Shown piece after piece: positions 28,922 through 38,819 of a stretch of DNA of 64,000 nt. Under the pieces are notes generated by a model that saw only the letters and a list, made by a program, of their open reading frames with translations, was not told where the DNA came from and did no database searches. The stretch comes from a virus: positions 1 to 64,000 of the IMG/VR virus record IMGVR_UViG_3300046740_000431; one strand, written 5' to 3'. Made by a program: the position numbers and the translations under genes. How positions within the stretch are numbered: the stretch's first letter is position 1; each line of letters opens with the position of its first letter.

Positions 28922-30433
28922 TCACGTTCGCCGCCGTCTCGAGGTGACGCCAGCCGGGGCCGCCGCCATGCGCGCGCCCTCGCGAGCGATCCACGTGGCC
29001 ATGAGCCGATCCCCTGTGTGGCTCTTGGGGTCGTAGCGGAGCATCTCGTCGAGCAGCTTGCGGACCTCGGCGTTCATCGACGCCTGGAGCATCTGCGGCC
29101 CGAGGCGGGCGGCGCCGCGGTTAGGGATGATCCACTTCCCGGCGGAGAACTCGATCGCGAGCGACTCGATCCCGTAGCTCGGATCGTACTTGTTCTTCCC
29201 CGTGTAGAACGCCTTGACCGGGACCGCGGTCTGGTCGTTGACGAACTGCTTGAGCATCCGCTGCTGGCCGTTGCTCTCGACGACCACGAGGGAGTTGTAG
29301 CGCTGGTTCACGTCCTTGATGCGCGAGACGATCTCGGGGCCTCCCCAGCGCCCGGCCTCGATGTTGAGCAGCTGGCGCGCCTGGTCCTTCTCGCGCACCG
29401 CGATCGTCACCAGGGCCGTCTCGTCGCCCGTCGTCGCCTTGGTCACCGCCAGGTCGACGCCGGTCACCGTGCGGTATCCCGCGGGGACCACGACCAGCGA
29501 ATAGGCGAGCTCGATGCCGTCCCCGTTGAGGAGCGCCGCGCGCAGGTAGTCGAGCTTGAAGCGCCGGTCCGCGTCGGCGACCGGGTCGCAGAACAGCGAG
29601 CGCCGGGACTCGATGGGGCCGCGGTCCTCGATCGCCTTCTCGATGCGCTCGAGCGGCCACACCGACGGCCAGCTGGAGACCCCGTCCTGCAGCACGGGGT
29701 ACTTGCGGGCGAAGGTGTTCGCCTCCGCCGCGTAGCGGTGCATGGCGTCGTCGGGGTGCCAGGCGTTGCCGATGAACCAGAGCCTGCCGTGTGCCGTGCG
29801 CCGCCCCTCGATCGTGCTCTTGAGCCAGCCGTAGTACTTCTCGCGCAGGTGGTCGCTGTGCGTGTTCACCGCGTCGAGGTAGTCGTCGATGATGATCAGG
29901 TCGTAGCGGCCGCCGAGCACGGATCCGCCGAACCCGGCCGCCTGGACCGTCGGATCCTTCGAGCGCGTGGCGCGCCGGACGATGAAGGCGTCCGCCTGCC
30001 ACATCCCGGTGGTGTCGCTCTTGTCGGGCACGACGCCCGGGAAAACCATCCGGTACTCGATGGAGTTCTCGATGTAGTTCTTGATCGACTTGACGATCTT
30101 CTTCGGCCCGCCGGCGGCGCTCGCCAGGATCAGGATGCGGATGTTCGGGTTCCGGCCGATCTCCCAGAGCGTCCGGCCGACCGAGATCCCCGAGGTCTTC
30201 CCGGCCTCGGTGTGGGTCCAGATGACCACGCGCGGGTGCTTGTCGAGGACGTCGTGCCAGTCCTCGTGCATCGGCGCGAGCTCGATGGGTAGGTTGGTCT
30301 CCTCGTCGCGGAGCACGAATTGGCAGAACACCACCGGGTCCGTGCGCGAGACCTCGGCGAGCTTGGCGAGCGCCGGCCCCAGCGTCTGCGCGGCCGCGAT
30401 GGCCTTCGCGTGCGGCCGGGTGTCAGTTCGCAT
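28922..30433 (-). CDS. terL: Terminase large subunit
   Basis: Walker A-like HTEAGKT, GGRYDLIIIDD (Walker B), IGNAWHPDD, RNase H-like TGVDLA...GDETA, VESNG and GDRLMA. Confidence 0.93.
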   Translation of the reverse strand: MRTDTRPHAKAIAAAQTLGPALAKLAEVSRTDPVVFCQFVLRDEETNLPIELAPMHEDWHDVLDKHPRVVIWTHTEAGKTSGISVGRTLWEIGRNPNIRILILASAAGGPKKIVKSIKNYIENSIEYRMVFPGVVPDKSDTTGMWQADAFIVRRATRSKDPTVQAAGFGGSVLGGRYDLIIIDDYLDAVNTHSDHLREKYYGWLKSTIEGRRTAHGRLWFIGNAWHPDDAMHRYAAEANTFARKYPVLQDGVSSWPSVWPLERIEKAIEDRGPIESRRSLFCDPVADADRRFKLDYLRAALLNGDGIELAYSLVVVPAGYRTVTGVDLAVTKATTGDETALVTIAVREKDQARQLLNIEAGRWGGPEIVSRIKDVNQRYNSLVVVESNGQQRMLKQFVNDQTAVPVKAFYTGKNKYDPSYGIESLAIEFSAGKWIIPNRGAARLGPQMLQASMNAEVRKLLDEMLRYDPKSHTGDRLMATWIAREGARMAAAPAGVTSRRRRT

Positions 30434-31091
30434 CGCCGGCCGGGGTCGGCGGGATCTCGTCGTGGCCCTGGTCGTCGTCGACCTCGACGGCGCTCGCGTC
30501 TACCACTGGCGGCGGGACCGGCGAACTCGCGAGCGACTTCCTCCGCTGGGCCAGCTCGATGGTCGCCTGGGCGTGGGCGACGATGCGCGCGGCTTCCTCG
30601 GCCGATGCCGGCTCGATTCCGGTGGGGAGGAGGAGCGATCCGTCGTAGGCGTAGGCGCCGTCGATCCTGGCGATCTTGTCGGCCGCTGCCACCGCCGCGG
30701 TGATCAGCTGCGCCGCCTTGCTCTTGTTGGTGTCGTCCATCGCCAGCTTGGCCGCACGCTGGAACATCATGGTCAGCATCGCGCGGGTGCGCGCCTGCTT
30801 CCGGTTCTTGGGCGCCGCGACCTCACCGTCGAGCGTCTCGAGCGCCCCGTTGAGGGCGGTCCTGGCCGCGGTGCGGCCGCATGCCCAGGTCTTCGGCTTA
30901 CCGTCCGGGTTGGTGCCGGTGTGCTCCAGCCAGGTGATCACCTGGTCCGGGGAGTAGCCGAGGCCGAGCATCTCGCGAGCTCCGGCGAGGGCTAGCGCCT
31001 TCTGGGTGGCCTTCGGGACCGGGGCGGCGGGCGCCGGCAGCGCTGGGTCCGGCGGCCCGCTGGGCGTCTCGTCATCGGCCACATCTGGCAC
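30423..31091 (-). CDS. Probable terminase small subunit
   Basis: Helical, N-terminal HTH-like; overlaps the TerL start. Confidence 0.55.
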   Translation of the reverse strand: MPDVADDETPSGPPDPALPAPAAPVPKATQKALALAGAREMLGLGYSPDQVITWLEHTGTNPDGKPKTWACGRTAARTALNGALETLDGEVAAPKNRKQARTRAMLTMMFQRAAKLAMDDTNKSKAAQLITAAVAAADKIARIDGAYAYDGSLLLPTGIEPASAEEAARIVAHAQATIELAQRRKSLASSPVPPPVVDASAVEVDDDQGHDEIPPTPAGDAN

Positions 31092-31121
31092 GATATCACG
31101 GGCCGCGTCGGATAACGGAGG

Positions 31122-31490
31122 TCAGTACGGGATGGCCACCGCCATCGCCTGGACGACAGCCAGGAAGATGTCGTCCTTCGCTCGCTGCTCGGGTGGGAGC
31201 TGCGCATACGGGACGATACACGGGTGCTCCTTGGTGTCGGCGTTCTTGACCGGACCGTGCTTCCATCCGTCGGCTTGCTTGTTCCTGACCCATGACTCGT
31301 GCAGCTGCTCGGGCGTGTCGCCGACGAGCACGCGGGCCACGCCGTCGAGCGCGCTCGTGCGCTGCCACGCGGGCGCTTCGTCCCACCCGACCTGCGAGGT
31401 GTCGCCCATGGCGATGCAGTAGGCGCGATTGGCCTCGTGCGCGGCGCGCGCGCACGCGGTGAGGCGATGATCGATCTGTGTGTTCTCCAT
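31122..31490 (-). CDS. RyR-repeat domain protein
   Basis: TPEQLHESW...KQADGWKHGPVKNADTKEHPCIVPYAQLPPEQRAKD. Confidence 0.85.
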   Translation of the reverse strand: MENTQIDHRLTACARAAHEANRAYCIAMGDTSQVGWDEAPAWQRTSALDGVARVLVGDTPEQLHESWVRNKQADGWKHGPVKNADTKEHPCIVPYAQLPPEQRAKDDIFLAVVQAMAVAIPY

Positions 31491-31525
31491 CGACGGCACG
31501 CTATCACGGGCGTGCCCGGTAAAGG

Positions 31526-31918
31526 TCACACCAGATCGTCGGAGACCAGCTGGTCGGCGCTGCGCCAACCCTGCCCGCGCGCGCCGCCAGCCAGCACCCA
31601 TGCCACAACCGGCACCGCGTCGATCGCCACCTTACCGTAGGGCGGCGCGCCGTCGTCGAACACGTACAGCTCGACAGGCGGGACGCCGAGCGCCCGGGCA
31701 TCGGCGATCCCGAAGTAGCGGAACGCGCCGCGATCGGCGATCTCGGCGAGCTCGCGCTCGACCGCTCTCGTGCACGTCGCCATCAGGTCGGCGGTGAGAT
31801 CTCGACCGGCGTACGGTGTCATCGCGTGGACCGCGCAGAACCTGACCAGCTGGTCGAGCGGTCCGCGCGCCAGATCCCGGCGGCCACGCGCCAGCTTGCG
31901 CCTGATCGTCGAGATCAC
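31526..31918 (-). CDS. Hypothetical protein
   Basis: GTGA overlap with the SLOG gene. Confidence 0.5.
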   Translation of the reverse strand: MISTIRRKLARGRRDLARGPLDQLVRFCAVHAMTPYAGRDLTADLMATCTRAVERELAEIADRGAFRYFGIADARALGVPPVELYVFDDGAPPYGKVAIDAVPVVAWVLAGGARGQGWRSADQLVSDDLV

Positions 31919-32322
31919 TTCGGCCGCTTCCCCGGCCGCCACGGGAACACCTCGACCGGCTTGTGGCGGGCCACCATGCGGATGCACATGTCCGCGGTCC
32001 CGCTCGAGCGAGCGTCCCAGAACAGCAGCGCCGCGTCTCCGATCTCGGCCATCTGCCGGTTGCGCATCTTGGGGGCCAGCCACTTGCTGTGCTGGGAGAT
32101 CATCCGGGGCGTGATCGGGCAGGGGATCACCACTTTGCCGCGGGCCTCCGCCCAGGCCTTGCCGCAGAGGTCGGCGCCGCGAGCCAGCCCGCAGACCACG
32201 TGGGTCCACTCGCCGGGGACCCAGAGCAGACCAGTCGGATCGAGCTTGGAGATCGTCTCGTCGATCTCCTCGATCGACGGGTAGACGGTCTGGCTTCCGG
32301 CGATGATGACCGAGCGTATCAC
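31915..32322 (-). CDS. SLOG-family (YspA/DUF2493-like) nucleotide-binding protein
   Basis: VIIAGS, VVCGLARGAD..G..WA, P.MRNRQMA and LLFWD..SSGT..M. Confidence 0.85.
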   Translation of the reverse strand: MIRSVIIAGSQTVYPSIEEIDETISKLDPTGLLWVPGEWTHVVCGLARGADLCGKAWAEARGKVVIPCPITPRMISQHSKWLAPKMRNRQMAEIGDAALLFWDARSSGTADMCIRMVARHKPVEVFPWRPGKRPK

Positions 32323-34199
32323 TTTGGTAGCCTATCAAGCCTGTTGATTGCCTGGGACCGCGTTATCCAGGCATCACCGGTCCACACGCGACATCGGCAC
32401 CCGCCCGGATCTGCAGCTCGTCCGCTGCTGTGTGGACACGTCGCACTGTCGGCGAACAGGATCGAGTCCCACGGGGCGAACACGCTGCCACGCATCCTGA
32501 ACACTGGCTCCCATCCCTCGCCGGACACGTCCCTGTCCCAAAGCACGGCTGCAAGAGGAAATTTGTCGCCGACCTCGCTGATAGTCATGCCGCTCTGGTT
32601 CACGCCGACTTGCTCTTGGCACCCTCGAGCGAGCGCCGGTGGAACTCCTCAGCGGTGTAGCGGCGCCATGCCGGCTTGGAGATACGACATGGCATCGTAG
32701 CTGGCCCTCGGCCGATGCGGTGGACGCCGTCAGCGACGAATGCAACTCCTGCCTCGCAGAGGCCGCAGCGAACGGATTCCTCGTACAACCACACCTCGGC
32801 GATGAACCCGACGTCGAGGATCATCCCTGAGCACGACGGGCACGACGGTGGCCCGCCTGGCATCACGAGGCCGTCAGTGCCGATCTTGACGTGCACTAGG
32901 CCGCAGCTGCCGGGAAGCGGCGGACCACCGTAGGCCGGCGGCGTGAGCATCGCCTCGTGGATCGCGCGGACCTCGGCGTGCTGGCAGATCGAGCCGCACC
33001 GCTTGCGGCAGTCATCGGTCCCGGTGCAACGGAAGTCTCCGGGCGGGCCGTTGTACCCACCACCCTTGCACGTCGCGAAGCGCTCGAGCGTGAACACCGA
33101 GGCGCCGCGGTTGCTCTTGATGCAGCCACCTGACCTCTGCCTGCCCTGGCGGGCTTCCTCCTCGGCGCGCGAGATCGAGTCACTTGGCGGTCTCGGTGAT
33201 TTGTCGTTCATGGCCCGCCAATCTACAGCGAGCCGCGGAGATCAGCGAGCGAGATCCTCGACCTCGATCACGATGGCGTCGAGGTCGTCGTCGATCACCT
33301 CGATCACTCGACCGCCCGGATCGTGATCGTCGCCCACGTCCTCGATCTTGCCGAGCTCGGCGACCAGGAACCTGGCGAGCGCGTCGACGTCACCGTCGCT
33401 CACCCCGCGGGGACCGCGGCGCACGATCTCGCTGGCGATCCAGCGTGCCTCGGCGCGTCCGGGTGTCGGCCTGATGCTGTAGGGCTTTGTCACGGGCTCG
33501 GGGAGCACGACCGTGTGCGACTCGGTCTCGAACTCACCTGACACCACCGACAGCCGGCGGTTGTAGGATCTGGTCTCGATGTCCGGGACCGCCGGCGGCG
33601 GGTCGTCCGGGGTCCTCACCGCAGACCGATGGAGTAGATCCCGGCCAGCGCACAGGCGTCGCGGTCCGGCTCGAACGGACGCCACTGGCCGGGCGGCTGC
33701 TTGTCGGCCTGGTCGGCGCTACGCCAGAACACCTCGAGCTCCGTCTCGGCCCGCTCCGCCCTCGAGATCGCCGCGTCCCGCTCGGCGATCAGCGTGGCGA
33801 TCGGCGAGGACGGGAAGCTCTCGATCGCGGACGCCCCGGTGCTGATCCCGCCAAGCGTGATGTCGTCGGTCGTCACTGGATCCCGCCCGCCTCGCGCACC
33901 ATGCGATCGAACTCGTCCTCGTGCTTGGCACAGAAGACCGGCTCCTCGTGACCGGCCTTGGCCAGCTCGGCCTCGCACCCCGGCTCCCTGCACAAACCGA
34001 GGTCGGCGCGGGCGACGTGGAGCTTGCCGTCGATCGCCCGCTGACACACCCCGGCCGGGTCGAGCAGGATGGCGGCATCGCCGATCAGGTCGGCCTCGGC
34101 GGCGACCAGCGAGTCTGGAGCGTCGCTGTCGAGCAGCTGCTGCAGGCGCGCCACCCGCGTGACGATCAGACCCCTCGCGTGAGCTTCGATCTTCCCCAT
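32319..34199 (-). other. Five small hypothetical genes (32319-32603, 32600-33211 Cys-rich, 33242-33619, 33616-33876, 33873-34199)
   Basis: Stop-start overlaps; leaderless-type -10 boxes before 33211 and 34199. Confidence 0.55.
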
Positions 34200-34286
34200 G
34201 CCAAAGACCGTACACACGAGAATCCCCTAAGTCAACCACCAGGTATCAGCTTGACCATTGGTGCACGCGGACACACCATCCTTGGC
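34200..34286. promoter_or_regulatory. Back-to-back sigma70 promoters, both leaderless
   Basis: Minus TTGACT-N17-TACGGT-N7-ATG; plus TTGACC-N17-CACCAT-N7-ATG. Confidence 0.7.
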
Positions 34287-34426
34287 ATGGCCCAACCATG
34301 TTGCCGATGCCGGGAATCACCCGCCCTGGCCAACTCTTCGATGTGCCGCTCCTGTTGGCAGGGTTGGTGGTGCGCGGTCGCCGACCTGTCGCGTCTCAGG
34401 ATCTCCGAGCGGAGGTCGGCCGAGTC

Positions 34427-34849
34427 GTGAGGGTAGCCGCGCTGGTCGTCGCGCTCGCTGGATGCTCCGGCACGTGGGGATCTGCCAGGCATGGCACAAC
34501 GGCGGCGATGATCGCGAGCTCGGCGGCGGTCGCCTGCGACGTCGGCGGGACGATCTGGATGAGCCACAGCGGCAGGTACGACCGGATGAGCGACAGGGGC
34601 TACCAGCTCGCGGAGATGAACCCGCTCCTCGGCCACGAGCCGAGCCCGGCGACGCTCGTCGGGGCTGCCGTCGCGGTGATCGGCCTCAACTACGCCGTGC
34701 TAGAGTCGCCGCTACCAGCCTGGGTCAAGTCCGGCTGGTTCGGCGTGCTGGGCGCGGCAGAGGCGTACACCCTGGCTGGTAACGCTCGGTGGACCGGAGC
34801 CTGCGGGGTGGCCTGGACGCACGATGCCGGGATCTTTCCTGCCAGGTGA
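34427..34849 (+). CDS. Putative membrane lipoprotein (E-x-N-P motif)
   Basis: Lipobox LAGC after MRVAALVVA; hydrophobic helices; AEMNPLLG; coupled to a 47-aa Cys-rich ORF 34287-34430. Confidence 0.6.
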   Translation: MRVAALVVALAGCSGTWGSARHGTTAAMIASSAAVACDVGGTIWMSHSGRYDRMSDRGYQLAEMNPLLGHEPSPATLVGAAVAVIGLNYAVLESPLPAWVKSGWFGVLGAAEAYTLAGNARWTGACGVAWTHDAGIFPAR

Positions 34850-35140
34850 CAGGGCGTCCGGCAGCGGGATCCCGGCGATCTGCAGGTGATCCCCGGGCGA
34901 GAAGTCGTACCGCAGCGGCCTGCCGATCTTGAGCTGCGTGGTGCCGGCGCCGAACTCCGTCTCCCATGCGCGGGCCAACCCACGGGCTACGGTCCACGAA
35001 TCCACTGGGCCGATCGCGTACGCCCGCGGATCACGCACACGGGCGTCTACGACTCTGACGAGCAGGTACCACTGCTCACCGTGACGGAGCTTGGCTCCTC
35101 GTCGTCTGGCGTTTCTGCCCTGCCTTGATTCAGCGGTCAC
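34712..35140 (-). CDS. Hypothetical protein paralogous to the insert in the sigma4 protein
   Basis: WYLLVR...AYAIGPVDSWTVARGLARAWE. Confidence 0.6.
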   Translation of the reverse strand: MTAESRQGRNARRRGAKLRHGEQWYLLVRVVDARVRDPRAYAIGPVDSWTVARGLARAWETEFGAGTTQLKIGRPLRYDFSPGDHLQIAGIPLPDALSPGRKDPGIVRPGHPAGSGPPSVTSQGVRLCRAQHAEPAGLDPGW

Positions 35141-35159
35141 GCGTGCATATTACGCCAGA

Positions 35160-35480
35160 TCACGGCGGCAGGATGCGGAGGGTCTCTGGCACGCGGAACG
35201 TCTGGGGCCGTCCGTCGGGCGACAGCCCGTGGAACAGCACCTCGTAGTCGCCGGGGATGTCGGTCTCGCCCGGCGACCAGTCGTGCCGGAGCTCGCCGAC
35301 GCTCGACCCGACGGCCGACCCGGTGAGGATGACCGGCCCCAGGAGCTGGAACGTCAGCGTCCACCCGGTGAAGTCGAACCGGCCATCGATCCCGGTGACA
35401 TCGGCGAAGTACGCCGGCAGCAAGTCGCCCTGGGTGATCTCGATCGGGGCGCTCGAGCTGGAGCAGGAGAAGCAGGTCAC
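35160..35480 (-). CDS. BppU N-terminal-like baseplate/fibre adaptor domain
   Basis: ITQGD.LP, DFTGWTLTFQL, GELRHDW..GETD.PGDY and DGRPQTF. Confidence 0.7.
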   Translation of the reverse strand: MTCFSCSSSSAPIEITQGDLLPAYFADVTGIDGRFDFTGWTLTFQLLGPVILTGSAVGSSVGELRHDWSPGETDIPGDYEVLFHGLSPDGRPQTFRVPETLRILPP

Positions 35481-35522
35481 GGCGCCCCTACGGTAACACG
35501 CCGGGTCGACGCGGTCGTAGGG

Positions 35523-35756
35523 TCACTCGTTGCGGGCGATCGACGCGTTCGCCTGCATGACGCAGGTCTCGAGGCTGGTGAGCGCCAGCGACTGCTCGCG
35601 CGAGACCGGAGTCTCGGACGCGATCAGGATCGCCAGCTCGCGGGCCTTGTCGCGGATCGCCTGGTAGCGGGGCAGCTGGTCGTCCTTCGGGGCGTGGTAG
35701 ACGAACGCGCTGTCGATCTGGGCGGTGACCTTGTCGGTCGGCGTGTACTTGGGCAT
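35523..35756 (-). CDS. Acb2/Tad1-family helical-hairpin sponge (candidate anti-CBASS/anti-Thoeris)
   Basis: FVYHAPKDDQLPRYQAIRDKARELA..I....P.SREQSLALTSLE..VMQANASIA. Confidence 0.75.
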   Translation of the reverse strand: MPKYTPTDKVTAQIDSAFVYHAPKDDQLPRYQAIRDKARELAILIASETPVSREQSLALTSLETCVMQANASIARNE

Positions 35757-35782
35757 GCGGCGGACGCTACACCGCCGGTCGA

Positions 35783-38542
35783 TCACCGGCCACCCAAGCG
35801 CGCCGTCACGACCGGGGAGACCCGCCTGGCGTGGACGGTCACCGGCGACGATGCGATCCCAGCTGGCTGCACGACCACGTGAGCCACGGCGTCGCCGATC
35901 GGCCGGCTCCTGCGCGGCGTGGTGTCCGGGTAGACCGGCGCCCAAGACATGTCCGGGGCCGGGGCGCTCGGGATGACGGCTTCCGGCGCGGCGGCGCCGC
36001 CCTCGCGAACGGGCGAGCGTGCACGGTCGACGCGAGCCGGGAACGCCGGCAGCCAGGACAGGTCGGGGACCGGTGCGGCCGCGATCGGCAGGAGCGGGTC
36101 GACGGCGCCGGCGATGTCGGCGCGGCGCGCGGGCCGGCGGGCACCGGCATCTGGCAGCCATGCGCTCACCGGCGGAGGAGGGACGAGCACCGGATCGGCC
36201 AGGCCGACCACTGCCGCTGGATGCCGACGAGTCCGCGCCGTCCGCGTGTCGGTCGGCAACCAGTCGATCGGCGTGGACGGCTGCACGGGCGGCGCGGTCT
36301 CGCCACCGGCCGGACCTCGAGCAGCTCGAGGTGCCCTGTCTGGGTGGTGCGCGGCCCACGTCAGCGGCCCAGCGTTGGTGTCGCTCGGCGGCGCGGTCTC
36401 GCCGTCGGTTCGTGCCCGGCGCGGCCGCGGGGCAGGCTGGTAGACCGGGGCCCAGCTGAGCGGCGTCACGACCGGCGCGGCAACGACGATCGGCTCGACG
36501 GCTCCACCCTCGATCCGCGGGCGCGCGCGGCGCGTCGTCTCGGGTGCCGGGATCAGCCAGTCGAACGGCTGCAGGTCCGCCGAGACGGCCTGGAACGCGA
36601 GGAGCGCCATCTGGCCGCCCTCGTTGAGCCCGCCCTGGGCGCGGAAGCTGTACGTCCCCTTGAGGTCGACGAGCCGCGTGGCGATCTCGACCTGGATGTA
36701 GCCATTCGGGTTGACGTCACCCTCGGCGCACGCCCGGTGGATCTTGGCGAACCCGTCGAGGAACGTGAAGACGTGGTCCTGGTTGACGTCGCCGTTTCCG
36801 AAGATGATGGCGACGAGCAGCGCCTTGGCCGTGGTCGTGACGGTCCCGCTCGTGATGGTGGCCGCGGCACCGTTGGCGCGCTCGACGATGCTCGAGGCCT
36901 GCAGGATGGGGGCGTCGAAGATCTCGAGCCCTGCGATGACGACCTCGTCCTCGTTACCACCGACGTTCCCGATCGACGCCGACCACGTGTGCGCCGTCCC
37001 GCCGGCGGCGGAGATCTTCACGGCGACGCTTGCCGAAGACCCGGCGAACGCGTCGTAGGGCCGCGGGGTCCCAGGGATGTACGTGTAGACGTTCCCGCGC
37101 GCGTCGGTCGCCTGGTTCGGCGACGAGGCCTGGTCGCCTCGAGCGAAGGCGGCGACGAGCGTCGAGTAGAGCGGCGCGGTGTCAGTCGTCCGCAGGAGCG
37201 TGTGCGTCCCGGTGCCTGCGCTCGTGATGTCCACGACCGTGCCGGCCTTCGCGAGCGCAGGGGACAGCGCCAGCTTGAGGGTCGTGCCGGTCGGTGCCGC
37301 GACGAAGTACGGCGTGACGCCGTCGGTGTTGCCCGGGAACGTTCCGGTGGTCGCGATCAGGAACGGGCCGGCGCACAGCACCATGCCGTGCGCCGCGGTG
37401 GTCAGCGTGTCGGTCGACGCGTCGGCGGTGAACGTGAGGTCCGTGCCAAACGTGGTGAGCGAACCGCCGGTAAACGCGAGCCCGCTCAGGATGTTCTGGC
37501 GCACGGCGGCGCCACCGGTGGTCAGCCTGGCACCGCCGCCGAACGGAGGAGCGAAGCTGCTCTCGAAGAACGCTCGGCGAGCTCGTGGCGAGCGATCGGC
37601 GAACGTCGGCAGCCAGCCGATGCCCGGCGTGGGAGCCGCCGGCAGCGTGGCCTCGGGCGCGACGTGGCCGCCTACCAGGACCGCCGCTCGAGCTCGTGGC
37701 GCGCGGTCCGCGAAGCTCGGCGCCCAGCTGAGCAGGGGCTCGGTGGGGTTCTGGATCGTCGCCTCGGGACCGGCCATCCCTCCGACGATCGCGGCCGCGC
37801 GCGGGCGGGGTGCGCGATCGGGGAAGGTCGGCGACCACGAGAGCGGCGGCGCGCCGGCGTTGACGTCCGGCGCTTCCGGCTCTACGACGTCCCCGGTGCG
37901 CGCGGGCGCCGCGCGGCGAGCTTGGCGGTCCGGCATGGACGGCAACCACGAGCAGTCGGGGAGCGCGGGGCCAGGCGCAGGCGTCGTCACCGGAGCGGCG
38001 AGCACCGACAGCATCAACGCGGCCGCGGTCACCCGCTGGCGCCCCGGCTCGCCGAACCACGGCATCCACGGGACCTCCGGTGCCGTGTCGTCGATGCTCG
38101 AGATCGTGCCGTCGAACGTGAACTGGTTGGCGGTGAACTGCCCGGACTCGAGCGTCTGGGTCGGGTCGACGTAGGGTCCAGCCGTGGTGAACGCGAACGT
38201 CCCGTTCCCGGTGGTCGCGCCGGAGATCGTCACCGAGCGCGACGCCGGCCTGGCATCGATGATCACGGTGATCGCCTGCCCGGCCGACCACGTCATCGGC
38301 TGCGAGAACACGAGCACGTCGCCCGGCGTCGTGTAGAGCTCGAGGCTGGCGTCGTCGAGCCAGATCCCGCCGTTCGGCTGGGCGAACAGGCTGTGGAAGT
38401 TGCCGCCGGTGAACGCCGTCGACGCCAGCGTGGGCGTGAACGTGAAGCGCCAGATCCCCGTGTTGATGGCGAGCGCCGTCGAGGCGAAGGTGTTCGCCGC
38501 GAACGTCTGCGGCGTCGCCGTCACCCTGAGCAGCGTGGTCAT
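35783..38542 (-). CDS. 919-aa putative fibre/adhesion protein with ~12 Trp-Pro-Arg repeats
   Basis: Thr/Gly-rich beta domains interleaved with repeats such as PLSWxPxFPDRAPRxR; next to the BppU-like gene. Confidence 0.65.
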   Translation of the reverse strand: MTTLLRVTATPQTFAANTFASTALAINTGIWRFTFTPTLASTAFTGGNFHSLFAQPNGGIWLDDASLELYTTPGDVLVFSQPMTWSAGQAITVIIDARPASRSVTISGATTGNGTFAFTTAGPYVDPTQTLESGQFTANQFTFDGTISSIDDTAPEVPWMPWFGEPGRQRVTAAALMLSVLAAPVTTPAPGPALPDCSWLPSMPDRQARRAAPARTGDVVEPEAPDVNAGAPPLSWSPTFPDRAPRPRAAAIVGGMAGPEATIQNPTEPLLSWAPSFADRAPRARAAVLVGGHVAPEATLPAAPTPGIGWLPTFADRSPRARRAFFESSFAPPFGGGARLTTGGAAVRQNILSGLAFTGGSLTTFGTDLTFTADASTDTLTTAAHGMVLCAGPFLIATTGTFPGNTDGVTPYFVAAPTGTTLKLALSPALAKAGTVVDITSAGTGTHTLLRTTDTAPLYSTLVAAFARGDQASSPNQATDARGNVYTYIPGTPRPYDAFAGSSASVAVKISAAGGTAHTWSASIGNVGGNEDEVVIAGLEIFDAPILQASSIVERANGAAATITSGTVTTTAKALLVAIIFGNGDVNQDHVFTFLDGFAKIHRACAEGDVNPNGYIQVEIATRLVDLKGTYSFRAQGGLNEGGQMALLAFQAVSADLQPFDWLIPAPETTRRARPRIEGGAVEPIVVAAPVVTPLSWAPVYQPAPRPRRARTDGETAPPSDTNAGPLTWAAHHPDRAPRAARGPAGGETAPPVQPSTPIDWLPTDTRTARTRRHPAAVVGLADPVLVPPPPVSAWLPDAGARRPARRADIAGAVDPLLPIAAAPVPDLSWLPAFPARVDRARSPVREGGAAAPEAVIPSAPAPDMSWAPVYPDTTPRRSRPIGDAVAHVVVQPAGIASSPVTVHARRVSPVVTARLGGR

Positions 38543-38545
38543 CCG

Positions 38546-38815
38546 CTACCCGCTACCGAGGTACTCGACGCCTCGGAGGAACACGCGGCGGCCCTCCATG
38601 CGCTCGAGCTTGGCCTCGAACGGGGTGCACGGCTTGTCCGCGCACGGCCCGCAGGTGTGCTTGAAGCACAACCGGCAGAACCCGCCCACGTCGGCCGCGG
38701 CGGCGCCCGGCGCGATGATCACGACGTGCTGGCAGTGGCAGCACGTGATCGTGCTCCGCTCCACGGTCGGCGCGTCCGGGTCCGTGATGATCAGCGTGCC
38801 GAACTCGCGCGCCAC
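38546..38815 (-). CDS. Small multi-Cys zinc-binding protein
   Basis: CCHC...CRLC...CGPC...C. Confidence 0.65.
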   Translation of the reverse strand: MAREFGTLIITDPDAPTVERSTITCCHCQHVVIIAPGAAAADVGGFCRLCFKHTCGPCADKPCTPFEAKLERMEGRRVFLRGVEYLGSG

Positions 38816-38819
38816 CGGC

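Noticed and set aside
28922-30433. Intein or intron in the terminase, portal or capsid genes
   Set aside because: Lengths are normal and no splicing motifs are visible.
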